Of a DNA stretch of 64,000 bases, positions 18,651-28,886 are shown one piece after another. Made by a program: the position numbers and the translations under genes. The stretch spans positions 148,383 to 212,382 of the forward strand of contig NZ_JAGIAM010000006.1 of the NCBI RefSeq assembly GCF_017744835.1. Reading direction: 5' to 3'. The notes below the pieces were generated by a model. The model was given only the letters and a program-made list of their open reading frames with translations, was not told where the DNA came from and made no database searches. Each line of letters starts with the position of its first letter. The stretch's first letter is position 1. Source of the stretch: Sphingomonas sp. (GTDB lineage: Bacteria > Pseudomonadota > Alphaproteobacteria > Sphingomonadales > Sphingomonadaceae).

Positions 18651-21572
18651 TCAGAAGCGAACAATCGCCTGCTTGCCGGCATAGGTGATCCGCCTAGTGG
18701 CGGGGGCGGGCTGGATGCCGCCCTGCTGCGTGCCGCCCACCAGCACCAGGTCGAGTTCAGGGCGTGAGATCATGCCCGGGAATGCGCCCTTGCGAGGTCC
18801 GACGGTCAGGGTTCTCGCCTTGTCGTTCCAGACGAGATCATAGGTCGCGCGCTGGCCCTTCTCGTATCCATAGGTCTCGTTGTCGTCTTCATAGACGGTG
18901 AAGCGTGCATCGGCACCGGGATAGATGCGTATCTCATATGGGGCGCCCGGCAATTCCGTGGCATATTGTACCTCCGGCCCCATCGGGACGATCGAACCTG
19001 CGCGGACATAGAGCGGGACGATGTCGAGCGGCGCCTCGCGCGCGACGCGCTGACCTCCCGCGAAACGCTGGTTGCTCCAGAAATCGAACCAGCCGGCGCC
19101 CTTGGGAAGATAGGTCTCGACCGACGTGTCGAGCGCCGCGCTGTCGTTGCGAGCCTTGCTCAGCTCGCTCGGGCGGCGCCAGCCGAAGCGTAGCGCGCGA
19201 TTCCCGTCGCCCTGGAAATATTCGATCGTGATCCTGACCTGCTGCCCCTTGTGGAAGCTCAGCTCGGCATTCTTGTAGCGCGTCGCACCCTTGTTCCAGT
19301 CCTCGACGACGGTCTTGCCGTCGACGATCAGGCGAAAGCCGTCGTCTCCCTCGAGGCCCAGCTCATATTTGCCCTCCTCGGGTGCGGTCAGAATGCCCTG
19401 CCAGCGCACCGAGAAGTGGTCGAGGCTCGTCAGTCCCGCCGGCAGCTCGGCGAGCGGCGGGTCGGGCCAAGTGTGGTCGATCTTCGTGTCCACGAAGCGG
19501 CTCTTCGGACTCTCGAATCCCTCGCCTTCGAAATATTCGCCCGCAAGGCCCGGCTGGCCATCGGGGGTCCGCAGATAGTCCGTCGGCACCGTTGGCGGCG
19601 GCGGGCTCTCCACATGATACATCGCGCGGGTCACGGGGTGGACGAGCAGCGAAGGCCCGAACATGAAGCTGTCGTCGATCGTGTCGGTTGCGCGGTCGTC
19701 GGGGAAATCCATCATCAGCGGCCGCATCAGCGTGTAGCCCTCCGAAGTCACCTTCCAGCTCAGGCCATAGGTGTAGGGCAGAAGCCGATAGCGCAGGCGC
19801 GTGCTGTCGAGCAGCGAGGCGTAGACTTGCGGGTCGAGCGTCTTGAAGCGCCAGGGTTCGCGCTCGACGTCGGTGCCGTGGATGCGCATGATCGGGTTGA
19901 ACGCCGCGAACTGCAGCCAGCGCGCGAACAGCTCGCGCCATGCGGCATTCTTCTCGCCACCAGGGAAGTTGGAGACGAAGAAGCCACCGGTATCCTGCGT
20001 CCAATAGGGATTGCCCGTCACCGTCACGTTCACGCCACCGGCGATCTGCTGCCTGAACGTCTTCCAGCTGGCGAAGATGTCGCCGCTCCAGGATGCCGCC
20101 GCCGTGCGTTGCGCCCCTGCCCAGGCCGAACGAGTGAGCGTGAAGACGCGCTTGTCGCTGGTCGCGCGCTCGCCGTCATAGGTCCCCTGCGTCGTCAGCA
20201 GCGAATAGGGGTTGAGGTACCGCGTGAAGTCGCCGAGCGCGTTCGAGCCGAGCGCCTTGGTATCCCGGATATTGGCCGCCGCGTTCCACATCGCGCTGCT
20301 CACCTCGACCTCGGTACCGTCCATCCACAGCGCATCGACGCCCTTGTCGAGCAGCCCCGACTTGATGTGCTTGAAATAGATTTGGCGGCCGAGCGGGCTG
20401 TAGGCGTCGTAGACGCGCGCATGCTTCGAGATCCAGTGGAGCGGAGCGAAGCGAAGATGGTTCGCGTCGAGTTCGTGCGCGAGCGCGGTGTCATCGCCTA
20501 TCGACGGCCAGATCGACACCATCAACTTGAGGTGCATGTCGTGGAGCTGCCGGCTCATTGCGGCCGGATCGGGATACCGGGTCGGATCCCAGGTCATGCC
20601 GCTCCAGCTTCCGTCCTTGTCCGATCCCCAATATTGCCAGTCCTGCACGATGTAATCGAGCGGGAAGCGTTCGCGCCGGAAGGTCTGGGCGACGTCGAGC
20701 AACTGCGCCTGGGTCTTGTAGCGTTCCTTGCTCATGAACAGGCCGAACGCCTGCTTCGGATACATCGGCGCCGGGCCCGTGAGCGCGCGATAGGCCGCCA
20801 CCACCTCGTCGGACGAACTGCCGCCCATGAAATAATAGTCGACGCCGCCCGGAGCGCTTTCGGCCCAGAGCGAGGCGCCGCGGGCATCATCCTTGAAGCG
20901 CATCTGGGAATAGGTGTCCCACAGGATGCCGTAGCGCCGGGTCGACATCATCACCGGGATGATGATGCCGACATTGGTCTGGACAAGCAGCAGGTCCGCG
21001 CCGCGCCGGTTGCTGGTGTCGTCGCCGGTGAAACCGAAGCCATATATCGCCTCGTCGGGCCGAAGCGTGAAACGGTTCTGCGCTTCATAGGTCGACGCGC
21101 CCGAAATGGTGCGCCTGGTCAGCGTTTGCGGCTGGTCGGCCGCCTCCTCGGTGAAGAGTTTGCCTGACGCATCGAGGAAGCGCACCGCGCCGGTCTCCTT
21201 GCTGACTTCGATGCGCAGCCTGGCACTGCGGATGGTCAGCGTGGCCGCAGTATCGGTTACGGTGAAGGGCACCGCCGCCGGCTTCTCGATCACGACCAGG
21301 CTGGGGGCGGTCCAGTAATTGGGGCCGAGCGTCGCGTTCACGCGGACGGTCTCGGGACCGTAGAAGAGGATGTTCTTGGTCACGCCGTTGAGGCGCAGCT
21401 GGACGCCGTTCTTGAGGCGCACATAGGCGAAGGCTGGCGATGGGCGCTGTGCGACCGGGATCAGGTGACCGTTGGCGTCGAGCCCCGTCTGGTGTTGCGC
21501 CAGCGCCGGCGATCCGATCGTCAGCGCGAGGGCCAGGGCCCAATGCTTCGGGACTGCGCCATTCCGTATCAT
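18651..21572 (-). CDS. GH31 alpha-xylosidase-like with C-terminal PA14 insertion
   Basis: PLDYIVQDWQYW, LWMDGTE nucleophile, WSGDI, WTQDTGGF, RWLQF, RIHG, LMRPLMMDF, YEDDNETYGYE. ATG 21572 follows an AGGGGGAG RBS. Confidence 0.9.
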   Translation of the reverse strand: MIRNGAVPKHWALALALTIGSPALAQHQTGLDANGHLIPVAQRPSPAFAYVRLKNGVQLRLNGVTKNILFYGPETVRVNATLGPNYWTAPSLVVIEKPAAVPFTVTDTAATLTIRSARLRIEVSKETGAVRFLDASGKLFTEEAADQPQTLTRRTISGASTYEAQNRFTLRPDEAIYGFGFTGDDTSNRRGADLLLVQTNVGIIIPVMMSTRRYGILWDTYSQMRFKDDARGASLWAESAPGGVDYYFMGGSSSDEVVAAYRALTGPAPMYPKQAFGLFMSKERYKTQAQLLDVAQTFRRERFPLDYIVQDWQYWGSDKDGSWSGMTWDPTRYPDPAAMSRQLHDMHLKLMVSIWPSIGDDTALAHELDANHLRFAPLHWISKHARVYDAYSPLGRQIYFKHIKSGLLDKGVDALWMDGTEVEVSSAMWNAAANIRDTKALGSNALGDFTRYLNPYSLLTTQGTYDGERATSDKRVFTLTRSAWAGAQRTAAASWSGDIFASWKTFRQQIAGGVNVTVTGNPYWTQDTGGFFVSNFPGGEKNAAWRELFARWLQFAAFNPIMRIHGTDVEREPWRFKTLDPQVYASLLDSTRLRYRLLPYTYGLSWKVTSEGYTLMRPLMMDFPDDRATDTIDDSFMFGPSLLVHPVTRAMYHVESPPPPTVPTDYLRTPDGQPGLAGEYFEGEGFESPKSRFVDTKIDHTWPDPPLAELPAGLTSLDHFSVRWQGILTAPEEGKYELGLEGDDGFRLIVDGKTVVEDWNKGATRYKNAELSFHKGQQVRITIEYFQGDGNRALRFGWRRPSELSKARNDSAALDTSVETYLPKGAGWFDFWSNQRFAGGQRVAREAPLDIVPLYVRAGSIVPMGPEVQYATELPGAPYEIRIYPGADARFTVYEDDNETYGYEKGQRATYDLVWNDKARTLTVGPRKGAFPGMISRPELDLVLVGGTQQGGIQPAPATRRITYAGKQAIVRF

Positions 21573-21616
21573 CCTCAACTCCCCCTTCGCTCGACATTGT
21601 TTCTCGATGGGCGCCG

Positions 21617-23284
21617 TCAGCTGTCCGCAGGGCTTCCCTCGGTCAGGCCCGAACCAGAAAGGATCAGCGGGATACCGATGTCGTTGCGCAACCCGGGCGG
21701 GAGCCTGACCTCGAGCGCATCGGCTGTCCGCCGAATATCGAGGGGCACAGGAGCTCCCGGCACAGCCACGCGCGCGAGCGCACCGCGACCAACGGGATTG
21801 CCGCTGCCCCACAGGGTAAGGCGGGCGATATCGTCGGCGGGCCAGCCCAAGACGAAGGCGTGAACGTCCTGTCCCTTGCGCGCATAGCGAATGTCCCGCG
21901 CCGTATAAGGCGAATGGGGGCCGCCTTCGCCGAACATTCCGCTGTTCGGCCTGGTCGGCCCCTCGCCATGGATGCGCCATGGCCGCGTGCCGTAGATGGC
22001 CGAACCGTATCGACCCATCCAATCGGCGATCTGCTCGACGATCCGTTCCTCCTTGTCGTCGATCGTGCCGTCGCCGCGTACCGGCACGCTCAGCAGCAGA
22101 TTGCCATTCTTGGAGATCACGTCGCAGAGCGTGTGGATAACCGTGGCGGCGGTCTTGTACCCGTTGTTGGCGTAGAGCTTGCGGTCGTAATGCCAGTTTC
22201 CGATGCAGGTGTCGGTCTGCCACGGGTAGGTTTCGATGCTTCCCTTCCCGCCGCGCTCTACATCCTCGACCAGCCCCATGCGCAGTTCGGCGGGCATCCT
22301 CTTCGCATTGATGACCGCTTCCATCCGGCCATCGTTCCAGCTTGGGCTGGCATTGTAGAAATGCGCGGCGATCTCCAGGCCATAGTGCTCGAGCGGAAGG
22401 CCGGAATTGTCAAAATAGAGAAGATCCGGACGATATTTGTCGATCAGATCCCGGCACCGCAGAAACCATTTGCGTGCAAAGGCAGGATTGGCGCGAGGCA
22501 CGGACTCATCCCATATCAGGTTGGTGCGTTCGCCAATGGCGTTGGCCTCGACCATCGATGGCACGCCGTCGGGCAAGGCCATCGTCCTGCCCGCATAAAG
22601 TTCCTGCGGATCGAGCCCCTCCCACCATTTGCCCTTTCCGTCGGCTTTGGTGAGGCGCGACGCGTCGTACCGCCGGCCGCGCAACGGCCCTTCGGGATCA
22701 TAGCCATAAGCGGTTTGAAACCAGTGCCACGCGTGCGCGCTGTGATTGGACACGCCGAATCTCAGCCCGCGTGCGCGTGCGGCCCGTGCCCAGATCCCGA
22801 CGATGTCTCTCTTCGGGCCTACCCGCGTCGAGTTCCAGCTGTGGTAGGTGGAATCAAAGGCGTCGAAATTGTCATGATGGTTGGCGAGCGCGACGAAATA
22901 TTTGGCCCCGGCACGCGTATATAGATCGACCAGCCGCTCGGGATTCCAGTTTTCGGCTTTCCAGAGATTGTCGATCTCCATGAAGCCGAACTCGGTGGGA
23001 TGCCCATATTTGGCCAGATGCGCTTTGTAGGCATTGGAGCCTTGGCGATACATCTCGCGGGCGTACCAGTCTCCCTCCTCGGGCACGCATTGCGCGCTCC
23101 AATGCGCCCAGATCCCGAACTTGGCATCGCGAAACCAGTCGGGAGTCCGATAACCGGCGGTCAACGAGGGCCAGTCCGGCGTGAACTGCCCGCGGGCCGA
23201 ACCCGCAGCGGCAGCGGCTGGATTCGATGCCGCGGCACCTGCGATCCCCAGACCGCTCAAGGTTTCACGCCTGGTCAGCCTCAT
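21617..23284 (-). CDS. GH29 alpha-L-fucosidase, Tat-exported
   Basis: TRRETL Tat motif; PDWFRDAKFGIWAHW, AGAKYFVALANHHDNF, PDLLYFD, SKNGNLLLSV. Confidence 0.9.
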   Translation of the reverse strand: MRLTRRETLSGLGIAGAAASNPAAAAAGSARGQFTPDWPSLTAGYRTPDWFRDAKFGIWAHWSAQCVPEEGDWYAREMYRQGSNAYKAHLAKYGHPTEFGFMEIDNLWKAENWNPERLVDLYTRAGAKYFVALANHHDNFDAFDSTYHSWNSTRVGPKRDIVGIWARAARARGLRFGVSNHSAHAWHWFQTAYGYDPEGPLRGRRYDASRLTKADGKGKWWEGLDPQELYAGRTMALPDGVPSMVEANAIGERTNLIWDESVPRANPAFARKWFLRCRDLIDKYRPDLLYFDNSGLPLEHYGLEIAAHFYNASPSWNDGRMEAVINAKRMPAELRMGLVEDVERGGKGSIETYPWQTDTCIGNWHYDRKLYANNGYKTAATVIHTLCDVISKNGNLLLSVPVRGDGTIDDKEERIVEQIADWMGRYGSAIYGTRPWRIHGEGPTRPNSGMFGEGGPHSPYTARDIRYARKGQDVHAFVLGWPADDIARLTLWGSGNPVGRGALARVAVPGAPVPLDIRRTADALEVRLPPGLRNDIGIPLILSGSGLTEGSPADS

Positions 23285-23388
23285 TCACCTCTCCTGTCGA
23301 CCGCCGATTGGCTCGTCTTTTGTTATTCAGTCCCTTGCGTCGATCGGTGACAGCGAGACTCCCGCGCCCTGATCCCGCCACGCACTTT

Positions 23389-26004
23389 TCACAGGCCCAC
23401 GACCACCCCTTCGCCGCGATAGGCAATATCGCGTTCGATATCGGGGCTTCCCTGTCGCTTCAGCACCAGGTGCAGGTTCCGCACCCGCGTGCTCGCGTCA
23501 TGGCTCCCTCGCGGCGCCGAAATCGACAAGCGCTTGCGCGTATCGTCCCATGCGAACGCGATGCGGCTGTAGCTGCCGCGTTCGTAATCATAGCTCGTGC
23601 CATCGTCGTCGTAGAGCGTGAAGCGGCCGTCCGCGCCCGCATAGATGCGGAGCTCCAGATCGAGATTGCGGGATCCCGCCGTCGATTGGGCGACCCGCGC
23701 AAGCGGAACGATACTTCCGGCTCTTGCGTGCAGCGGTATTCTGTCGAGCGGCGCGGCAATCTGGTGAACGGTGCCGCCAGCCCGATGCTCGCCGCTCCAG
23801 AAGTCGTACCAGCCGCCCGGCGACTCCGGCAGATAGACCGGCCATTGCTGCACCCCGGGCGCCACGACCGGAGCCACGTGGAATGCCTTGCCGAACATGT
23901 AGCTGTAGCGCTCGTCCAGCGCCCTCTGGTCATGCACGAAGTCCATGACGAGCGGACGCAGCAGGCTCGATCCGTCGCGCGTGATCTCGGCGGCCTCACT
24001 GTAGACATAGGGCAACAGCCGGTAGCGAAGCTCGAGACAGGCGCGCGCCAGCCTCTCCACCTCGGGTCCGTAATGCCAGAATTCCGTGTCGCTCTGATAG
24101 CCGTGGACTCGCTGGAGTGGCAGGAACGTGCCAAACTGCAGCCAGCGGATGAGCCGTTCGTGATAGGCAGGATCGCTGTACTGGCTCTTGCCCGGTCGAA
24201 AGAAGCCGCCTGCGTCGACGGTCCAATAAGGCATTCCCGCGGCGGCGAAATTGAGCCCTCCGGTGATCTGCCGCTTCAATGTCTCCCAGTCGTTGCCGAT
24301 GTCGCCGGACCAGGCGGCGGTGGCGTAGCGCTGCTGCCCCGGGGCGGCGGAGCGGGTAAGCGTGAACACCCTCTGGCGCGGAGCGTCGCGCCGCTGGCCG
24401 TCATAGACTGCGCGCGCAACCTGCAGGGGGAATATGTTGCGGACAGTCTCGCCGGTACCGGCGCTGGTGACCCGCCCCGTCAGATCGTCGTTCTCGGGTT
24501 CGGTCGCATCCTGCCAGAAGCAATCGACCCCGAGCTTGAGTAGCTTGTCGCGTTCGTTCGCCCAATAGAAGGCTGCGGCTTCCGGGTTGAAGAAGTCGAC
24601 CCAGTCGGTATCCGGGATGTAATAGCCGAGCGCGGCGAACCTCTTGCCGAGCTCGCTGGCGCGATCGACCTTCGCCCAGACCGACAGCATCAGCCGCATG
24701 TCCATCGCATGCAGGTCGCGCAGCATTCCGGCCGGATCGGGGTAGAAGTCGCGATCGAATTCCATCGCGTTCCAGCCGTGCTTCCCCCAATATTGCCAGT
24801 CCTGGACGATGACATCGACCGGGAGTCGGCGGCGCCGGAACTCGCGCGCGTTGGCAAGCAGCTCTTCCTGGCTCTTGAAGCGTTCGCGGCAATGAATGTA
24901 GCCGAACGCCCATTTCGGAAGCATCGGCGCCTGTCCCGTGAGCCGACGGTAGGTCGCCACGGTCTCCGCGCCGTCCTTGCCGGCGATCACGACATAATCG
25001 AGCGCTTCGGCCGCGGGAGACCGCAAGACCGTTCGCTCGTCGACCGGCCCGAAATGCAGCCGCGGGGTATCGCGCCCGATTCCAACCGCTTTCACATGAT
25101 GAAGTCCCGGCCCCAGCTCCGCGAAAAAGCCGGTCGTCGGCGGCAGCCACCCATTCGCGAAGTCGACCAGCATTTTCCCGTCGATCTCGACGCTGTGACG
25201 GACCGCCATGCTGCTCCCGACATCGAGCAGGAAGGCGTATCGTCCGCTGGCATCGGTGCGGAATTCGCCTTCGAACACGGCTTCCTGCCGGGCCTCGTCG
25301 CGGCTGCCGGATCCGGTCGTGACCGAGACGTTCCGCTGCGCGCCGCGATCCGCGACTTTCCGAAGCGCCGCGGAATGGGGAAGCGGATTGAGTTCCGTCA
25401 GTCCATAATTGTGCCACAGCAATCCATAGCCGGCGCTGGATACGAAAAATGGCAGGCTGATCTGCGTATTTACCTGGGTAAGGCGACGCGAAAGGCCTTT
25501 CAGATTCAGGAAGCCATCCTGGAATTGGCCGCCACCGAACAGGCGTTCGCTGCGGGGGGCGATGAAGCCTTGCTCGACCGCAACGCCGAGCCCGTTATCC
25601 GACGGCGAAGGTTCCATCCGTCCCAGCGGAGCGCGCAGGATCTCACGGCCGGCCGCATCGGAAAAGCGCAGCTCTGCGGTGTCCGCGTCGAGCCGGCATT
25701 TCAACCGCGCCAGCGAAAGCGCCGTGTTCGCGCCTTCGCGCCGCAACCCGAAGCGAGGGGATGCGTCCGTCCCGACAAGGAATTGGCTGGGCGGCGGGGG
25801 CGTGTCGTCAGGCGAGAAGCGGACCCGGACGGCATTGTCCAGCAAGGGTGTGACCGTAAGAATGCCGCCCTCCAGACGATGCCGAATGGCAGGCGAAGGC
25901 CCGTTCGGGGCCGCGGCCGTCAGCGGAGCGCTCGAAACTACACCGCCGCCAATCGCGGTCCCGGTCAGCTTCAGCAGCTCCCGGCGGTGGATTTCCAGCT
26001 TCAT
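23389..26004 (-). CDS. GH31 alpha-xylosidase-like, Tat-exported, N-terminal-half PA14-like insertion
   Basis: HRRELLK Tat motif at ATG 26004; PVDVIVQDWQYWG, FWQDATEPE, WSGDIG, WTVDAGGF, RVHG, LYDDDGTSYDYE. Confidence 0.88.
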   Translation of the reverse strand: MKLEIHRRELLKLTGTAIGGGVVSSAPLTAAAPNGPSPAIRHRLEGGILTVTPLLDNAVRVRFSPDDTPPPPSQFLVGTDASPRFGLRREGANTALSLARLKCRLDADTAELRFSDAAGREILRAPLGRMEPSPSDNGLGVAVEQGFIAPRSERLFGGGQFQDGFLNLKGLSRRLTQVNTQISLPFFVSSAGYGLLWHNYGLTELNPLPHSAALRKVADRGAQRNVSVTTGSGSRDEARQEAVFEGEFRTDASGRYAFLLDVGSSMAVRHSVEIDGKMLVDFANGWLPPTTGFFAELGPGLHHVKAVGIGRDTPRLHFGPVDERTVLRSPAAEALDYVVIAGKDGAETVATYRRLTGQAPMLPKWAFGYIHCRERFKSQEELLANAREFRRRRLPVDVIVQDWQYWGKHGWNAMEFDRDFYPDPAGMLRDLHAMDMRLMLSVWAKVDRASELGKRFAALGYYIPDTDWVDFFNPEAAAFYWANERDKLLKLGVDCFWQDATEPENDDLTGRVTSAGTGETVRNIFPLQVARAVYDGQRRDAPRQRVFTLTRSAAPGQQRYATAAWSGDIGNDWETLKRQITGGLNFAAAGMPYWTVDAGGFFRPGKSQYSDPAYHERLIRWLQFGTFLPLQRVHGYQSDTEFWHYGPEVERLARACLELRYRLLPYVYSEAAEITRDGSSLLRPLVMDFVHDQRALDERYSYMFGKAFHVAPVVAPGVQQWPVYLPESPGGWYDFWSGEHRAGGTVHQIAAPLDRIPLHARAGSIVPLARVAQSTAGSRNLDLELRIYAGADGRFTLYDDDGTSYDYERGSYSRIAFAWDDTRKRLSISAPRGSHDASTRVRNLHLVLKRQGSPDIERDIAYRGEGVVVGL

Positions 26005-26468
26005 GCGAGGGGGACCATCGTCCGCGCGATGGAATTCTCCGGCCGGGCAGCGCCAGTTCGAGCATGGCTGCAAATGCCCAGGCCGGTCCGTCGCATAATG
26101 ACGGAGGCAGGTCCGGCTGGCGTAAACCCAGACTTTACGGCTCGAGCCCGTGCCAACATTCTCGGCCACACCCCCTCGCTGCTTCGGAGGTAATTTGTCG
26201 GACTAATTCTGGCAATGCGAAAATTCGGATTTTCCGTGACCCGGCCGGCCTGCAGCCAGCCAGCACCCTCATAACGCGATGATTTACCTACAAGATCGCT
26301 TGGCGGACTCGATGAGCTCGGCTGCTCGGCCGCATCGGGAAGGGTGTTCATCCCTCCATGTTCCAGCGTGAACGATGCGGGTTGCGCCGCTACAACTCAG
26401 GGTTGAAATCGGTTCGCAGGCTTGCTCGACAATCGATCCAGCTGATTTCTACGGGATAGGAGGGGTGG

Positions 26469-27863
26469 ATGAGGCACCGGAGACGCATGCTGCGGATGGC
26501 AATGGGAGCTGCGCTGCTCGGAGGGGTATGGTTCCCGGTCAGCGCGAGCGATCCGATCATCCAGACGCGATTTACCGCGGATCCGGCGCCGATGGTCTTT
26601 GACGGGACGGTCTATCTCTACACGAGTCACGATGAGGACGATGCCGCCGGTTTCAAGATGGTCGACTGGCGCCTCTACACATCGACGGACATGGTGAACT
26701 GGACCGACCGCGGCGCGGTCGCCTCGCTCAAGACCTTCCCCTGGGCAGTGCAATCCAACGATGCCTGGGCGCCGCAGGTGATCGAGCGGGGCGGGAAATT
26801 CTACCTCTATGCGCCGGTCAGCGTGCCCGGAAATCCCAAGAATGTGATCGCGGTCGCGGTGGCGGATCGACCCGAGGGCCCGTTCAGGGACGCTCTGGGC
26901 CATCCGCTGGCCGGCCCGGCTGATGGTTTTTTCGATCCCACCGTGGCGATCGACGACGACGGCGAAGCCTATCTGTACTGGGGAAATCCGAACCTCTGGT
27001 ACGTGAAGCTCAACAAGGACATGATCTCCTATTCGGGCAAAATCGAGAAGATCGAGCGGCGCCCCGCGGACTATCAGGAAGGCCCTTGGTTCTATAAGCA
27101 CCTGGGTAAATATTACATGGCATTCGCGTCGACGTGCTGCCCAGAGGGCATCGGCTATGCCATGAGCGATCGTCCGACCGGCCCTTGGACACACAAGGGC
27201 CAAATTATGGAGCACAACGCGGCGTCCACGGGCAATCATCCGGGCATCATCGACTACAAGGGCGGCACATATCTGTTCGGCTTCGATTACGAGCTGAACT
27301 TCGCACTGACCCCGATCCATCACGAACGGCGTTCGGTCACGGTTGCCAAGTTCGACTATAATCCTGACGGCACGATCCCTGCGTTGGGCTGGTGGAACCG
27401 GACGAGCGCGCCGCAGATCGGGACGCTCGATCCCTATCAGACCGTCGAAGCGGAGACGATCGCGTGGACGTCGCGCATCAAGCGCGATCGGGATCGGCCC
27501 TTTTACTGGGCGCCAGGCGTGACCACGGCGACGAGCGAGGCGGGTGACGTGTATGTCACCCGCATCACGGACCTGAGCTACATCAAAATCGCTGGCGTCG
27601 CGTTCGGTGAGCCTGGCGCCTCACGCTTCAGCGCCAAGGTCGCGAGCGCGGAGGAAAGCGGCTCGATCGAACTTCATCTCGACAAGGCGGACGGGCAACT
27701 CATCGCGAAGCTGCCGGTCGGGGCGACGGGAGGCCTGGACGCATGGCGGACGATAACGACCCAGGTCTCCGGCGCGACGGGCACGCACGATCTGTTCATG
27801 GTTTTTCGAGGCAAGGGTGACCAACCCTTGTTCAATTTCGATCAATGGCAATTCGCGAGATGA
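26469..27863 (+). CDS. GH43 xylosidase/arabinofuranosidase with C-terminal CBM6-like module
   Basis: FTADPAPMV, DAWAPQV, FFDPTVAIDDDG, QEGPW, GNHPGII; C-terminal VEAET...IELHLD...HDLFMVF. Confidence 0.88.
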   Translation: MRHRRRMLRMAMGAALLGGVWFPVSASDPIIQTRFTADPAPMVFDGTVYLYTSHDEDDAAGFKMVDWRLYTSTDMVNWTDRGAVASLKTFPWAVQSNDAWAPQVIERGGKFYLYAPVSVPGNPKNVIAVAVADRPEGPFRDALGHPLAGPADGFFDPTVAIDDDGEAYLYWGNPNLWYVKLNKDMISYSGKIEKIERRPADYQEGPWFYKHLGKYYMAFASTCCPEGIGYAMSDRPTGPWTHKGQIMEHNAASTGNHPGIIDYKGGTYLFGFDYELNFALTPIHHERRSVTVAKFDYNPDGTIPALGWWNRTSAPQIGTLDPYQTVEAETIAWTSRIKRDRDRPFYWAPGVTTATSEAGDVYVTRITDLSYIKIAGVAFGEPGASRFSAKVASAEESGSIELHLDKADGQLIAKLPVGATGGLDAWRTITTQVSGATGTHDLFMVFRGKGDQPLFNFDQWQFAR

Positions 27864-28074
27864 TCCCCGCCTGTCCTTCAGTTGGAACTCCGGTTCGATC
27901 CAAGAAAAGGGGCGGGCCTCTTAAGGGAAGCGGACATTGTGCTATCGCGGCTCCGAAGCGCCGCAGTGCCGTACCCGGGCAGGGTGGAAAGCCCAGGAGC
28001 ATTGCCGTACGCGGGATGTCGGGAAAAGAAGGCGGAGCCCGTTCGGATCAAATTCCGCCAGGGGAGGGGATTTC

Positions 28075-28872
28075 GTGAACGCCGATCAGCTATCCGTGAA
28101 CGTCGGCTCCGTGCTGTTCTATCGTCAGCTCGAGCCGTTTTCCGAAGAGCATCATGGCGGGCTTGGAGTCTCGCTGAGCGCGAATCCCTATGCCTTTCTG
28201 GCGGATACCTATGCGGTCCCCATCACGGCCGACGAGTTCGAGCACGCCGCGCTATGCTATCCCATCGTATTCGCGAGCGAATCGAAGATTCCCGTGGCAC
28301 TGATGGGCCCATATCCGGGTGTGAACGTCTTCGTTGCGCAGGACGGCGAGATGGATCCGGAAGCTTATGTGCCGGCGTTCGCCCGGCGCTATCCCTTTCT
28401 TCCGATCGCGACGGACGGGCCAAGGGATCCCTTGGGGGGCAGCGGGCGCATGGTTCTCTGCATAGATCGCGCAGCCAAGACCATCTCGGATCGACCGGAA
28501 ATTCCCTTCTTCGAACACGGTCAGCACTCGCGCTTCACCAGGGACGCCATTCAGACGTGCAATGAATTCGAGAACCTCGCGCGGCGAACCAGGGATCTCA
28601 TTCGAATCCTCGAACAGCACGACTTGTTCGAACGCATGGAGTTGCGGGTGCCGCGCGCCAATCCCGACGGGACGGAAGCGCCCTCGCAAAAGATCGAGGA
28701 CTGCCTTCGGATATCCGAGCGGAAGCTCAACGCTCTGCCCGACGACGTCTACATCAAGTTGCGGAACATCGGTGTGCCGGGCCTTGCCTACGCGCATCTT
28801 CTTTCCCTGGGTCTCTGGCCCAAGCTCTTGTCCCGAGCTGCGCGCATGAACGCACAGGCCCCGGCGTACTGA
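28075..28872 (+). CDS. SapC-family protein
   Basis: LFYRQLEP, VPITADEF...CYPIVF, PVALMG, YVPAFARRYPF, ISERKLNALPDD, AYAHLLSL. GTG 28075 follows GGGGAGGGG. Confidence 0.85.
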   Translation: MNADQLSVNVGSVLFYRQLEPFSEEHHGGLGVSLSANPYAFLADTYAVPITADEFEHAALCYPIVFASESKIPVALMGPYPGVNVFVAQDGEMDPEAYVPAFARRYPFLPIATDGPRDPLGGSGRMVLCIDRAAKTISDRPEIPFFEHGQHSRFTRDAIQTCNEFENLARRTRDLIRILEQHDLFERMELRVPRANPDGTEAPSQKIEDCLRISERKLNALPDDVYIKLRNIGVPGLAYAHLLSLGLWPKLLSRAARMNAQAPAY

Positions 28873-28886
28873 GGCGGAGGTTAGGC

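Noticed and set aside
26005-26468. AT-richer divergent intergenic region, searched for an IS remnant or LacI site
   Set aside because: No terminal repeats or transposase-like frame; the best operator-like match (TCATAACGCGATGA) is only about 8/14.
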